Positions 12,512-26,276 of a DNA stretch of 64,000 nucleotides are shown here, piece by piece (positions within the stretch are counted from its first letter, which is position 1; each line of letters starts with the position of its first letter). Source of the stretch: Phoronis australis. Its lineage: Eukaryota; Animalia; Phoronida. The translations under genes and the position numbers were made by a program. The DNA lies in contig NMRA01000640.1 of the NCBI GenBank assembly GCA_002633005.1, forward strand, positions 1-64,000. The letters run 5' to 3'. The notes under the pieces were generated by a model, which saw nothing but the letters and a program-made list of their open reading frames with translations, was not told the DNA's origin and did not search any database.

Positions 12512-13688
12512 TACGGTGGCCCGAAAGTATCATCGCTACTTTAGTTTAGTTATTTTTTCATTTTTCATTTTCCACGTAGGTGGAAATAATTTTCACCTGG
12601 GTGGAAATTATTTCAATCTAGGTGAAAATTATTTTCACCCGGGTGGAAATTATTTTCACCCAGGTGGAAACTGTTTCAAACTAGGTGGAAATTATTTTCA
12701 CCCGGGTGGAAACTATTTCAACCTAGGTGGAAATTATTTTCACCCGGGGTGGAAATTATTTTCATGCTTTTACGTCGTTTGGTTAACGTGGCGTCATCTA
12801 CTTGCGCTAGGAACAAGTCACGTGTCAAGCCATAGCTGCACACCCTTTTGTAGCACTCTAAAAACAATGCTCTTTGTTTTGTTTATTCATGTCAATCGGT
12901 TAGATCATTCTGCCACCACATGTTTGCAGACATATGTGTTAAAAGTGTTAGCATATACAGGACAATCTGTGCAAGGAATTTGTATCCTCTTGTGAATCCA
13001 TAAGATGTGATTCACCATACGTCTTATACCATTTGTGGGATATTTATAACACTATTTGTGCCTTTTGTTGCTAGTTGTGTAACTTTAAGTCTTTGAAACC
13101 TGTCAGCACGGGAAGGGTGAGGCTTTTGGACAACAACAATAATCTGTCATTTATTTATCGGAAATTTCTCAACATTCTACACCATACTCTATATTTGTTA
13201 ATGGCTTGGGTTCGTTGCTGAAATCCGGCAACTTTATTCAGAGAGTTGTTTTGGAACTAGGAGTAATACGTAATCACACTGTCTCTGTTAAAGTTCGCGG
13301 CAAATCCAAGAGGCAGATAAGACGCCGACATTGCAACCTAATCTGAACTTTCAGTGTTGAACAAAATGGCTGGCCCAATCGGCCTTCACCTACAAGACTT
13401 CATCCAATCACAACACAGATGAAAATAGGTGCCCGGATGTATAACATTTTCACCCAGGTGAAAATAATTTCCACCTAGGTTGAAATATTTTCCACCCGGG
13501 TGAAAATAATTTCCACCTAGGTTGAAATAGTTTCCACCCGGGTGAAAATATTTTCCACCTAGGTTGAAATAATTTCTACCCGGGTGAAAATAATTTCCAC
13601 CTAGGTTGATATATTTCCTCCTAGGTGGAAAAGGAAAAATAAAAAAATTAATAAACTAAAATAGCGATGATACTTTCGGGCCACCGTA
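12512..13688 (-). mobile_element. Non-autonomous IS3EU-type element with 21-bp subterminal tandem arrays
   Basis: Perfect TIR TACGGTGGCCCGAAAGTATCATCGCTA and perfect 6-bp TSD CAAACC (12506-12511, 13689-13694). Inverted 21-bp arrays (GGTGGAAATTATTTTCACCCG-type) at 12578-12765 and 13448-13630. Possible transposase N-terminal stub MSASYLPLGFAANFNRDSVITYY on -. Confidence 0.8.
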
Positions 13689-14919
13689 CAAACCACAATA
13701 TTTCTTCAGTTTTAAAGCCCCATACAGAGCTGTTGTGCAGGTTCTTTATAAAGTTGAAATGATTACCGAATACGCTTGCCAATTGTCATCTTCCTGTTGA
13801 CCTATAGAAATGTACGGCGATCAAAACGAAGCATTCCCTTTGTTTGCATTTGATTTGTTTAAGTGAGAAACTATTTTAGAGCTTTCTTAAGAAGGCATTT
13901 GAACAGTTTCAAGTTTTTTGTTAACTTGTCTATAACTAAAGTTCCACATGTAAGCAAATTATGTTTTTCTAGATTCTGCTATGCACAATATTCGAGAACA
14001 AACAATAATTTGTGTATTTAAAAAAACAAACTGAACAACTACATACAAACAAAAGAACAACGTTATTTGTTAAAAATAACTGCAATTATCCCAATGCAAC
14101 AGTCTATAATCAGTGATATCAAGGGCTGACTTTATGAATTGAGAGGTTCAATTCTCTCAGTTTATTGCTGAAGGACTGCTTTTCACTTTGTCGATAGGTA
14201 AGATAGACGGTAAGGCGGCTGACTTTAGTCGTTTTCTCTCACCTGTAACAGGATAGTCAGAAAAATATTAGCAAATTATAAAAGAAAACAAACGACAAAA
14301 GAACTTTTGTAAGGCAGAACTTACTTGACATTTTATCTTCATGTTTATATGTAGACACCAATAATCTTTGTACCCAAGCTTTATTTAAGATCTGAGTTAA
14401 ATTATGTGAAATAGGCTAAAAGTGATTTAGGGATGTGTATTTTTCATGACATCTAAAATGTGTTTCTGATCTCAACAAATAAAATTCATTCTAGGTGTCA
14501 TTATTTATTCCAATGCAATGTTACGAATTTACTGAATAGCTCATTCATGTTGATTCGGTAACTATAATCTGGTAGTCCTGGGGGTGTGGTCTGCCATAAA
14601 ATAAGGAAACTCACTCATGTAGAGAATTTCGTTGGACATAGCATAGTTTTGAAGAGTAACTGCTGTGGAAAAGTCACCCTTGACTTCTGAGCGGCACGTT
14701 CCATACACCTCTTATATTGGGAGTACTCCCAACCAAGACAATATGTGAATATGTGCTGCTAGCCTAACATCCAGGTGCCGGGTGAGTTTCTGAAGAGAAA
14801 CGCTTAGTTCCACAGAATAAATCGGTTATTCGGTGGGATAACTTGTGGGGAAAACATCACTGAGCGATGTCGATGGAAGGTGATTGTTAAAAACTTACCA
14901 AATAACTTGATTGTGTAGC

Positions 14920-15118
14920 CTCAAATTGGAAATGCATAGAGCACACACACACGGGGCGTGACGCTTCGGCATCCAAACAGGTTTTGTCAGTTGGTTGACC
15001 CTTTTGACCGAAATTCTCCACGCCCGTAGTAACCTTAGGTCTTTTGGAAATTTGTGACCACCTGTCGAAGATTTGCACCCGGGAAAATAGCAATAATAAG
15101 GCTTAGCGCGACGACGTA
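14920..15118 (-). pseudogene. THAP domain remnant
   Basis: RAKPYYCYFPGCKSSTGGHKFPKDLRLLRAWRISVKR...WMPKRHA, then a frameshift into VCSMHF. Confidence 0.75.
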
Positions 15119-15499
15119 TTTTGATAACAATTCCGTTTTTTTTGCCAGCTGTTTACATGAAACAGCGACGCGTGCGCAATTCAATCACCACTAGTACAGC
15201 GGCGACACTGCGTCTAACATCCGCATTAAATGAAGCCGCGGTGTGCATTTACGACGTTGTTTAGAGCGAGAATGGAATATTTTCAATTTTCAGTTTTACA
15301 ACAACACAAGCTTAAACTTAGCAAAAGCGGATCCAGGATTTTTTAAAGGGGGAAATCAAAAGGCGGCAAGCAATTTCTACATATTTCCTTACTCCGTGTA
15401 GAAGGCGAGATATCCATGTCACTTCTGTTAAACAGAATAAACGGTTAGGTGGTGATGAATAGCTACATCGACAAGTATATACAAAATGGTGGACTATCT

Positions 15500-16800
15500 G
15501 GCTAGTCTGGCTGCTTAGAGAACAACACTGTCTTCACACAACTAATGGTTATGAAAAGCGCTCAATATGGTCTGGCTAGATATGGTTAATGCGTACGGAT
15601 CAAACCCTCATAACGCTCATGCGCAGAACAGGGAAGCAACGACTATGTGCCATTTTTCTGACAGGCTCAGGGCTTTGACTGAGTCTTACTACATTTCAAT
15701 CCGTATGTGATTCACCAATGACTGTTTCACTACAGAATGACAGATGCTAGAGAAATGAATTCTTACATGGTGCACTATCTACATCATGCTCTTCATATCG
15801 GCGATAAACCTCAAATTGTGCAAAGCGAGGACGGAGTGAATGGGTCCAGTGCTTGGATACAGGAGAGTTCTGTTGTTGAGCATTTGTAGATGACATTACT
15901 GTCATGGCTGAGTTATTTGCAAAGAAACGTAGCATTGTGACGAGTTTAGGAGGACTAGCTGAGTGGGTGAGGAAGGAGTTCAAACCAGAGAAATCGAGAA
16001 TTTTCTTTGATACATAAAGGATCCCAACAAAGGGCGACGACGTTTAAGTAGTCGGGAAAAGGAATTCCACAAATTTCAGAGAAATATGTAACATGCTTGA
16101 AGAAGGTGTGCGATGGAACCTTGAATGTTGTCAGCAATGTAAGAGGGATTAAAGACCAGCTGAGAACCTGGCTGTCAAAGATCGAAAGAAGAGGAATACC
16201 TACATGTAACAAGTTTAAGTTACTAGCAGGGTCTTTTGCCAAGATTATTGTGGCCCTTTTTGGTGCACGAGGTTACGGGCTCGGCTGAGGTGATGGGAAG
16301 AGCAGCGAGCAGGTGCCTACGACGGTGGATGGGAGTGCCAACCCAGTTTCAGTGGCGTTTAGCTGTAAAGCTGGTCAACGGAAGTAATTCTACCAGTTTC
16401 ATCAATTGCAGAATAGTACAAGGCGGCGAAAGTTATAGCTATGGTGACACTACGTGATAATGAGGACCCGGCCATCAAGCACAGTATCATCAGGGCACCA
16501 CATGGAAGAAGCTGGAAAGTGTCGTGTGCGGTTGTAGAAGCTGAGAGCAGAACAAGGCATCAACTGATACAATGTAGTAGGAACGGTGTGCTGTGGAAGA
16601 CAGTGACTAGGGTATTCTAAAAACAAAAACGTGCCTTCCAAGAAAGAACAAAAAAACGCATAGTACAGGAGATGAGAAACTCTAAAGAAGAGCATAGGTA
16701 CATGTACGGGATGGCGCTCGGGGTGGAAAAATAGAGCTGTTGGACAACGTGGACAGACGGGGATGGACAGACGTGGACAGATCCAAGAGTCGAGGATACT
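15500..16800 (+). mobile_element. Degenerate RLE-type non-LTR retrotransposon (HERO/NeSL-like), RT and thumb region
   Basis: Fragments DDITV, LAEWVR.EFKPEKSR, IPQISEK, LRTWLSKIERRGIP, LPRLLWPFLVHEV and RCLRRWMGVP resemble the HERO-clade ORF. Confidence 0.65.
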
Positions 16801-17179
16801 GTAAGTTTTTAAACTTTTGATGTGTGTCGATGGCCGCACAAGAGGACAATGCTTGTTACAATTGGCAACAGAGAAATTAAAGAATCGGCTGATTACTACA
16901 GAGACTTTATCAAAAGGTATAGATTTGTGAGGGGGATATTTACCTGAAACTTAGGCGCGTTACAATATTACAAATCAAACCAATTATTCTTCACACTTTC
17001 ATCATCATAGTCACTGTTTTAATCGAAATGTAAGCTTATATTTACAGGAATGGTTTGCCAGAACAATCTCATCAGTCCTGATAGTCCCAGAGTTCCGAAG
17101 CAAGGAATTGACCGACGTCAGGTCGTTGATCTTTTGAAACCGATGTAACAATATCAAAACCAATACGTAGATTGTACAA

Positions 17180-17505
17180 AATTGCCTTAACAGTGATAAA
17201 TGTCTTTTGCAGAATCTACTAAACCTCGTAAAAATCGTACTGGTGTTGCGGGTGTCCACTGCACAATATGAACGAGGGTTCTCGGTTTTAAGGAGGGTAG
17301 AGAACGCGACGCTTGCAAACCAAGCGACATCTACACTGTACATTACCACAACCGAGTTGGTACGAATTTCTTTTGAGGGCCCTTCCTTGGGGGAGTTCAA
17401 TCCCACACCGGTGGTGGAGTGATTTCTAGAGCAAGACAGGCGTGCCCGTCAATTTGTGGAATGGCCAGAGTCTGATTACTTTCCCGTCTTGGATGATGGA
17501 GAGTA
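17180..17505 (+). pseudogene. hAT transposase C-terminal dimerization-domain fragment (ZNF862-like)
   Basis: NLLNLVKIVLVLRVSTAQYERGFSVLRRV...LVRISFEGPSLGEFNPTPVVE matches the hAT 'PVSTA.CERGFS' motif. Confidence 0.75.
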
Positions 17506-20500
17506 GACCGTGGTTTTCGTGGTATTTTAAAGCAGTTCACATCCCTGAAAGTTTGTTTTGATTAGTCCTTTGATCAATCTCGTGAGCTTGTTATACCTTT
17601 GAAGGATACTACAGGTGAACCAATCTGTCACCTTCTAATGCATCACTGGTGAATATTGAAATCAGGATTCAAGTAAAAGTTCGCACTTAGTCACAAATTG
17701 CATAACATGGTTCTTAGTGGGTGGTCTTTCCCTACAGTTGCTTAACTCGCCTAACGCATAGGTCACGCTTGCCAGTATAGGAGACTTTGTAAGGAGTTTC
17801 CAACTTTTGCTCAAAACGTTTGAAGTAATCGAGGGTAACAAAACCTTGTTGTTGTTGAGAAAGTCGTCTTCAATATCAGCAAATAGGCCATACCTTACCC
17901 GGTTCGGTATCCTTTCAATCTAGCAACAAAGCGACTTTTAATAAATTTTTAACGGATTATTTTCTGACTATACTAATGGTTACTTAATGATATGGATTGA
18001 GTTAATAGGATCGTTGGAAAGTTGAATAAACTTGACAAATATCCGCGGAAGAGTGATGTTAAAGCGGCCTCAAAATGAAAAAATAGAATAAATTGCATGA
18101 TCTTAAGTGACTATTTGCCACTGAAACAGAATTCAACGTGTTCCCCAGATATTTTTACTTTGGTCTCGTAAATATTTTGCATTGCTGTTGATTTCAAAGC
18201 AATTTTCTCTTAGATTCAAATTTCAAAAAAAAGTCTGTCAAATGTTTGTCACCTCGTTGATTTTTCTGACGCAAGGCAAAGCAAGACTCCTTATTTTGCA
18301 TGGCATGACGTATACGTATAAAATTTGACCTTTGAGACTTGATGTAAACAAAACAATGGCGACTACAACCTGTAGTCTGATTAAGAAGCAATTGATGTTT
18401 GAAATTAGTTACAAAGGTATATCGTATTGTCCAAGCATATTCTGAAATGGGAAATCTCTTGCTTCACTGGCTTGTATCACACTGTGTTGTCGACCTCTGA
18501 TTTTGAGTGCGACCGCAGGTGATTATCTGCCGGTAATATGATTCTTGTCAGTCACCTGTTTGTTGAATGACTGTGAGCGCATGCGGGCATTCATTATAAT
18601 TGTGAGGAAGATTAGAAATTCTTTGAGGACTACATGTTTTTTTCTCCTCATGAATTTCAAAAATTGTGGAGTTTTGATTTTTCGTGGAAATTCACTCACT
18701 GGGGAAAGTGAATAATTCTGTAGTAGACGTAACACTTGTTCAAAAGTTATTTTGACGAGCTTTGCTTTCTATTTCTCCGTAGTGGAGGCACCTCTGCCAA
18801 AAATGCAAAGTTTAGGTGGATTAGTGCAAAACCACCTCTAATTGAATCAATTGTAGAAACGGATTTTTAATTTAGTTTTACACTGCCAGAGTAGAGTTCA
18901 ATAACGCTAGTACCTTGATAAAATCTAGTCGTAATCATGTATTCCCATGTAAAATACGCGGCAATATGTCACGTAATCACGCAGTCTTTGCTTTTTAGGG
19001 AGGTTTTAGCGTTACTGACCGCAGGGCAGGTTTGCATGTATTGTATACAGGATTTTGAGTACCTCAAATTTTAACATTTTGCTTAAGTCCACTCAAAAAT
19101 TTTCTTTGGTGATTTCTTATATGAAATACAAATCTTGGATTCAGTCATCTGTTCCCCGACATTCCAACTAAAACCAATGCCGGTGCTGCTCATGCGACGA
19201 TTAACAGCACGCTTACAGGGTAAAACTCAAAATGTCAAAAATTATTTGGCAAAATATCAAATTCCTTCTTCAAATTGGTATTAATTAGTTTAAACTTGTG
19301 CATGGACTTCGCTGTATTAGTACTGAAGCCTGACAATACAGTGTAGTTTTTGGCAGGTTAAAAAAGGTATGAAATCTGTTAATAGAAAAGATTCTTCTCT
19401 CTTTTTCGTGGAATAAAGAGTTACCACCATGTATTTTCTTATTTTGTAGGTTTTGGTTTGCTAACGTGAAATGAATAAAATCTACCTAAACAAGCACTAG
19501 TCGTGATTTTTTTTATTTTGAAGCAAAATTAGTCATTTCCAAGTTTCTCGCCAAATAATGTAATGGGTGGAAGACTTTGGGCCAGTTGACAATCAATTGC
19601 AATGGCGGAATACAGCACATCAGAAGACGAGGACGACTTTAAGCAAGAACTGGGCCATTATTATGCAGACAGAGAATAGAGTGGATACTTAGTTTCGACC
19701 CGGTCGTGGTGAGGTTCTTCCCTGGGTGAGGTTGAGGCCCAGCGACCCTAAACTCCTCAGTAGCGCTGCGTTGCGATCTTGGCATAGATTTGATGAATGT
19801 GTCGTGGTTGATAATTCATCAGTATTCCTACTTCATACCATTTTAAAAATGCAGGTGCGTACTCATTTTAAGATATGCGGGCAATTTCACATGCACATGA
19901 AATCTGACCACCGTTTCTAGTTGTACTGGCCAGCTAGAGACGGTGGTCACTCTCTACATGAAGTCCAAACAAAGCGTTTTAGTACCTGGGCGTTGTTTTC
20001 GGTATAGGTGCATCGAACTAATAACCAAAGTAACGTTTATTTTGCATGTAAAAGTATAAAAATTACACCTGAGTTTGAAAGTTTAGATATTTTCGGAGCA
20101 TTGAGCCTTCGGAGTAATGAAAGTTTGGAGTAGTGAACCTTTGAAATAGTGGGCTGTTCCCATTTCCAGCGATGAAAGCAACTTAAACAGCACGCAAAAA
20201 TATACAAGTAGATAAAAACTTTCGTCAAGTCATTCGCCGTTCAAAGTTCATATTTCCGCCCGAGTATGGTTTATTTGAAATTTTGGCACGAGGTAATTCG
20301 AGAATGTTCTCTTTCTGGATCACAATACATCCGAATTTGGGTCCCGTTCTTTTGCGAGCAACCGTCACAGCATCCTCATTTCTGGTATTTCAAGTACTGA
20401 GAGAATCAGACGATCAATTCGATTTCCCACTCAGAAAAATTTCGTGGTTTTTGAGGCTGTATAAACTCGACCCACTTGCATGAGAAATGCTATAGGCATA

Positions 20501-22829
20501 TTTGAGCCACATCCAATTGAACCAACGGCTGCATGGTCAATATTCACAAAATAGACACTCAATAATCTCTGAAAAGGGCCTCAGTAAACCTGGGTCACTC
20601 GTATTCACTATTGTCATGATGTCGTACGGGTTTCGCAAGCGATTGTTTAAGTTACGAAATGCATGCGACGGGCGTAAGCGCGTGGCATCGTTATCGCCTA
20701 TGGGACCCGCTACCATTGTTCTCCTTTCTTGCGTCTAAGTTGGTTATAACAATACAGGTCGCTCGGATATCGTACCACGAGCCGGTTACCGATAAATGCT
20801 TACCATTATCTTTAGTATTATCAGAAAGAAACCCCATCTACCGATATCTATTCGAGGAGCTTGCGCCCCAGTTTCCCGTGGGCAGGGCTAAACACAATGC
20901 ATAAGCCTATCTGTCGTAGCACTCGATCTGGACCGGGGTCGAGGGCCAAATACACTTACAAGGTGGCAAGTCCTCCGTCGTAACACCGCTTTTGTGTTTG
21001 GACATTTCATATTCTCGTGCGGCGCACAAACCGATGCCATCTCTGTGCAGGAAATTTAAACACAGAGACGTTGCTGTCACTGCAGGCTCCATGGACGCAC
21101 CGCACCTTTTCATAGTTGAAAAGGCGGCTGTCTGCGGAGTTTCCTCACAACTCCTCAGAATAGCACTGGTAAAAACAACAAAGTCAGAGACGTTCTTCCA
21201 CCCATTACGTACAACACTGCGATAACAGAAAAAAAAATTTTTGGCTTGTTTCTTGGGAACAGGTATACTGAAGACTAACAAGTATCTTCAGATGTACTAA
21301 TAAAATTCTTTTTGAGACACAAGGTTATCTTGGAAACTTTTTAAATACTCACAGAGTCCTCGTAACACAATTTCCGCGTACAATGAAGCCCTCTCATTTT
21401 ATATACGACAAACATTTGCATTAACGACAGTGAAGCCCGGGTGCTTGAGGTTATCTCAAACCTTATATAGGGGCCTCCATTCTAACGAGTATATCAATAA
21501 ACCAGGTTTTGTTAACTAGTAAAAGCATAATATTATATGTTTGACAGAAATGATCAGAGATTATAAAATATATTTTATTTCTATGTGCCATTATTATCAT
21601 TATTATTATATTAACCCCTCTTGAAGTCAAAACTTCATTTTTAAGAAAAGTATATTCGTAGCAAAATAACGCCTCGTTCAATTTTAACGGAACCTTTTTT
21701 AAATGAAAACTTCACCAGTTACCCCAGCTGTAGAACTTTTCGATTAGTCTCTTCACTGGTTTCTAGGACAAATCAACTCGAAAAACGTACGGTGTTTTAA
21801 GAAAATAGCGGTCGTATTCTGTTTTTGAAACTCGAACAATTGAAAAACTTTCCGTAAAAAGAACTTCCGCGAGGCATTGTATACCCAAGTCGAATCATGC
21901 ACGAGAATGATGCAGTGGAAATTCCACAAAAAAGTCTTGTGTCTAGTATTGAATACGTATTTTTAACTAGTTTTTCCCGAAATTAAAATCCGCGAAATAC
22001 TTCGGTTTGTGCGGGCGGAATTCCATTATAAGGTGATTCAAGTTTGCTACTTTGGCATTGAATACGCACAATACTTGGGAAAATGGATCAGTCACAAAAT
22101 GTCACGTGATCTTGTTTGGCACTGATTACGTGCTATTTATGAAAGAATAGGTAGCACGTGTAGAGCAAATGTTACTTCGGCATCGGATGTGAACAATGTT
22201 GATATTGATTTGACTCTTAAATCTGCGAGAAATGAATGGTTCTTTTGAAAAATAAATTTGTCGCGTAGTATCAGAGGCAGCGACACCTGGGAAGTGTCGA
22301 CTTGAAGAACTCATGCATTCTTAATGCACTGCGAAAAGAATAACAACACCATGTCTTCGGCGACCACTGCCACAGGCAACGAATGTAACACCCATGAACT
22401 CGTAATTGAGAGTGCAAACGCTCGAAAAAAGGATTGGAGAAAATAGGAATACGAGCCCAAAATTGGATTGCTTGCATCAACGTGGGGGCGGAGATCCAAT
22501 GCTTTTTTCGTCAAATCCGAAAATACGAGTGAAAATACGCAGTCACTCGTATCTAGCCAAAGTCACGTGCTCTAATTTAAAATACACGGCAATATTTCGC
22601 GTAATCTTGCGAAGTCTTCCTCTTCAGCGAGATCCTAGCGTTACTGAACTCTACCCACGTTTATACATGTAGCATCCAAGGCACCCCAGTGTGTCAATCA
22701 TGTGGATAATGGCTGTAGTTTAATCAGTGCACACGGCGGGTCTCCACCAATCAAAAATAAATCGAAAATTTTGAAAACTTATATCATATGAGAAAAAGAT
22801 TTCCTCACGGGAATGAGTAGAGAAAAATT

Positions 22830-23465
22830 CAATCACCCAGAGAATAAAAAACTGTGCCAAATAAAGTCATCGTACATGCACAATTAGAAGCAAATTTGGA
22901 GAGATAGTAGTCACTGACAAGCTGCAAAATTCCAGAAATCAAAGAAATGCTGAGGAGAAGGCGTGAATGGAGTGGGTAAATATCTTTTCAATTATGTTTT
23001 TGGAATAATATAACAATAAGTTCTGGACGAAAGTTGCGGAGGATCTTGGCTTGAGTGAGTGGTATTGGTAATGATGGGTTGAGAGGTGGAAAGATTACAC
23101 AAAAATCGGCGAATCTTGAGGAGACATTTTTTTATCGTTTGGATGAATCAAGATTGATATCATAATGAAAACCTGAGAAATATGGGGTAAGAGCTTATTA
23201 CAAGACTTTTAGATAAATTTTAGACTGGAAATATGAAAAATGTCGTTTAAGGAAAAAAATTCAGAGACCGAAATAACGGGTTAGTATGAGATAGGAAGTA
23301 TGATGAGGTATATTTCGCGAACAGCAAGTTTTGTAATACTTATAGTCCACGGCAGCTGTGGAAACCCCAGCATGTTACAGCATAAGTAAAGTGTGGTAAA
23401 ATGAGAGCTTTATAAATCAAAAGGAGAACATGTTGAGGAAACGTTCCTTTTAAGTTGTGCAGTTC
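22830..23465 (-). mobile_element. L2/CR1-group LINE 3' ORF2 fragment
   Basis: LHNLKGTFPQHVLLLIYKALILPHFTYAVTCWG is the typical post-RT 'LIY.SLILP.L.Y....WG' motif. Confidence 0.7.
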
Positions 23466-25967
23466 ACCACATGTTTTGTCAGTCTTGTAGACTCGTCCAC
23501 GTGCAACAATAACAGGAAGTACCATCGTTAGTAGTCTCTCAAACACGGACATTGTCCATTGACACACAATGTTGACTAAAGAACTAAAAACAGCTTTTTT
23601 GCTACCTTGAAATCAGTTGCCTTAATTTAAAGAAAATTTACAACAAATGATTCTGGGCGTACTTTCAAAACCTCTGGAAGAATCTGTGAACAAAATCCAG
23701 GAAAAAGTCATAAAGTACTGTACAAAAAACGCCCCTCGGGCGATAATTCTCCAAAATTCACTCGGGCTCTAGATAACGGGGGATAACCACTTCGCCATGT
23801 AATAATCTATATTTATTTACTGTTTTAAAGACAGTAAGTTGTTTTTAAAGTATAAACTTTTGCATGAAGGGATATCGTCAAGAAGGACTTTTACGATATT
23901 CATGAAAAATCATTAAAAGTTTCATAAAATGGAAACGAAATGGTATTATGGAAAATTGTCACAGCTCTTTGACCTCTCACTGAATATTTAAATGAGATAA
24001 AATTTGACCATCGATACCGTTGTTTAGCTTTTAATTACCTTTTTCGTTTTTGCTAAATCTTATCAAAGTCATGGTTTCGTGAACCAATTGATACAAGACG
24101 GGTAAAAAGTCAAAAATTCTACTGGCCTTCATAGTTTTCTGCATGTTTCGATAACTTCACACACGCGTTTATAACGTTCTATATAAGCAATATAGGTAAA
24201 GTCACAGGCCTTCAATTCAGGTGATGTCTGACAACGGCGGAAATGTTCGATTTGTAGTAAAAACACAAGGACAACTGACTTTGTTGTTATATAGCTATGG
24301 CCAAAGCTAGTTAATTCAAAAAGTCTATCGTATCCAACAATAACACCAAAAGCGCATTTTTTCTCCCGTAAATCCGTTTATGTCCCTATGATGATTTCTT
24401 TCTTTAGATGAAACTCATTCGTAGTTGTAAATAGACCAAAAAAATAAATGAGTATTTTCTTTTAACGGATTCCGCAAAAATGCCAAACATATGTATTCGA
24501 TCAAATCAGTGTCAAAGATAAAAAACATGCTGTAAGAATGGCATTTAGTTGAAACAAGCAATAAGACAGAAGATTGATTTTTCAAACACCATTATTTACC
24601 TGAACAGCTAAAGAACACACAAATTATAATCGCACATGAAAATTACCGTTCCTCCTCTTAATTGTAAATACTGTCAATTTCAGTTACATTTTTCATGTTT
24701 TACAAGTGCAACAACAATTTGACTCGTTCTACCCCACTCTTTATTTTACCATACTTGTATAACTGTTTATTTCATATCCGATTTATTTTCTACATAATTT
24801 ATGAATATTTATCTACAGTGCCTCACTTTACTATTTCTCCGCTTTGTTTCATGTACGACCAAATGATACGTGGATTTATTTTTATTCAGGCTGTACTGCA
24901 TGTGCCGACTGGGTCTTTCATCTGGTTTTAAATGTTTGCACTTTTGTATATTTTTCAAATGAGCCCTGCAAGAAATCTTTACGTACTGTCAGTACAAATA
25001 AGGATTTCATTCTTTTACTCCACCCCGTTAAACTTATGGGACCTTTTTGAGTACGTCTGTACAGTGCATAGGAGTATGCAGTTTTCCTTCCATCCATTCT
25101 TAATTTAGACCACATTTCATATAAATAACAATTGATCAATAATTGTGCGTTGATCGAGAATACACGTATGACACTAAACGTCTAATTTGCTAAACATTGG
25201 GTATGCTCTCAATCAATATGAAGTAGTTTACTATGTGTTCATTTATACACCTCAATATTGTTACTCTGTTATTATATCTGGGCATCTAGAACTCACTGTT
25301 GGCAGGGCAAATGTTAGATTTATCTAAATTTTAGTCTTCCTACCTAAACCAAGACAAAAACTAAAGCAGTACCCCCCGCCTGATGAAAACACATGTTGGA
25401 CAGGTAAACATTGCAGTGCGAAAATTAATTTGAGGCAATTATGGTAATTTTCATTTAGAGTATTAAGAATCGATTCATGTTATTTGTGTGTTTGTCGATG
25501 TCTTTGCGCATACCCACTTTTTACTAACCGTTTGATTCAATTCTTCCGTGATGTAAGCTGTTTAAGCGATTTCTTCTCGGTTACAGGTGAGTTTTACATG
25601 AGATACGGCACATGTATATTATTTTTGAAAATATAAGAAAAACCCACGATTGACGAATGCAGCTTTGACTAAGTCTATTGCTCGGTCATGCTATGGACGA
25701 GGGAATTGCTTAAAGACGAACTCTAATAGTTCATATCAGACAGGGTCAACAAATGTAAAATCTTTTCTCTAAAAAACTACAAAAATGTCAGTTTGACCAA
25801 AGTGACGGCGTCGCATATCGAACGAGAGTCTTACCTCACACGTTATGTGGTTATAAACGCAGTTTGTTCATACATGTAACCTAAGTTTATATCTATGTTG
25901 CAATTTTCGAGAACTTGGTCAGCGAAGGTGATTAAGTCGAATCTTTCTCCGTCAGGGGCCGCAATAG

Positions 25968-26276
25968 CAGTGGCGGATTTAGGGGGGGCAAAGGGGCCAT
26001 GCCTCCCCTAAAATTCTACCAGATACCATTTGGGAGTTCGGGACCTAATTACTGACTGGCACATGCAAGCAACCAGGGTGCTCGGGGGTGAATAAACAAT
26101 GCATAGGCCCTGAACAACCCCGTTACACTTTTTTTTTAGACAACAGGAGCGCAAACCCAAACATTCGAGACCCTTGCATCCCCGCAGTTTAAGCTGGGCG
26201 CGCGCATCTGCCAAAATTCTGATTATTCTTGTGATCTCGCCCCCCCCCCCAAATCAAAATCCTGGATCCGCCCTTG
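25968..26276. mobile_element. MITE with CAGTGGCGGAT termini and 5-bp TSD (hAT5-like)
   Basis: CAGTGGCGGATTTAGGGGGG...CCTGGATCCGCCCTTG flanked by AATAG (25963-25967, 26277-26281). Related end fragments at 1-31 and ~15326-15355. Confidence 0.7.

Larger units (their letters stand above)
8605..15248. mobile_element. Decayed ISL2EU-like (THAP transposase + YqaJ exonuclease) DNA transposon with nested insertions; boundaries approximate
   Basis: YqaJ-like remnant on + (~11850-12270) and THAP on - (~14920-15118), convergent. Inverted subterminal match TGTGCTAGTGGTGAT (8646-8660) vs ATCACCACTAGTACA (15184-15198). Confidence 0.5.

Noticed and set aside
12516-12995. 159-aa ORF with GGNYFHP repeats
   Set aside because: Translation of the MITE's 21-bp terminal array, which is mirrored in inverted form at the other end.
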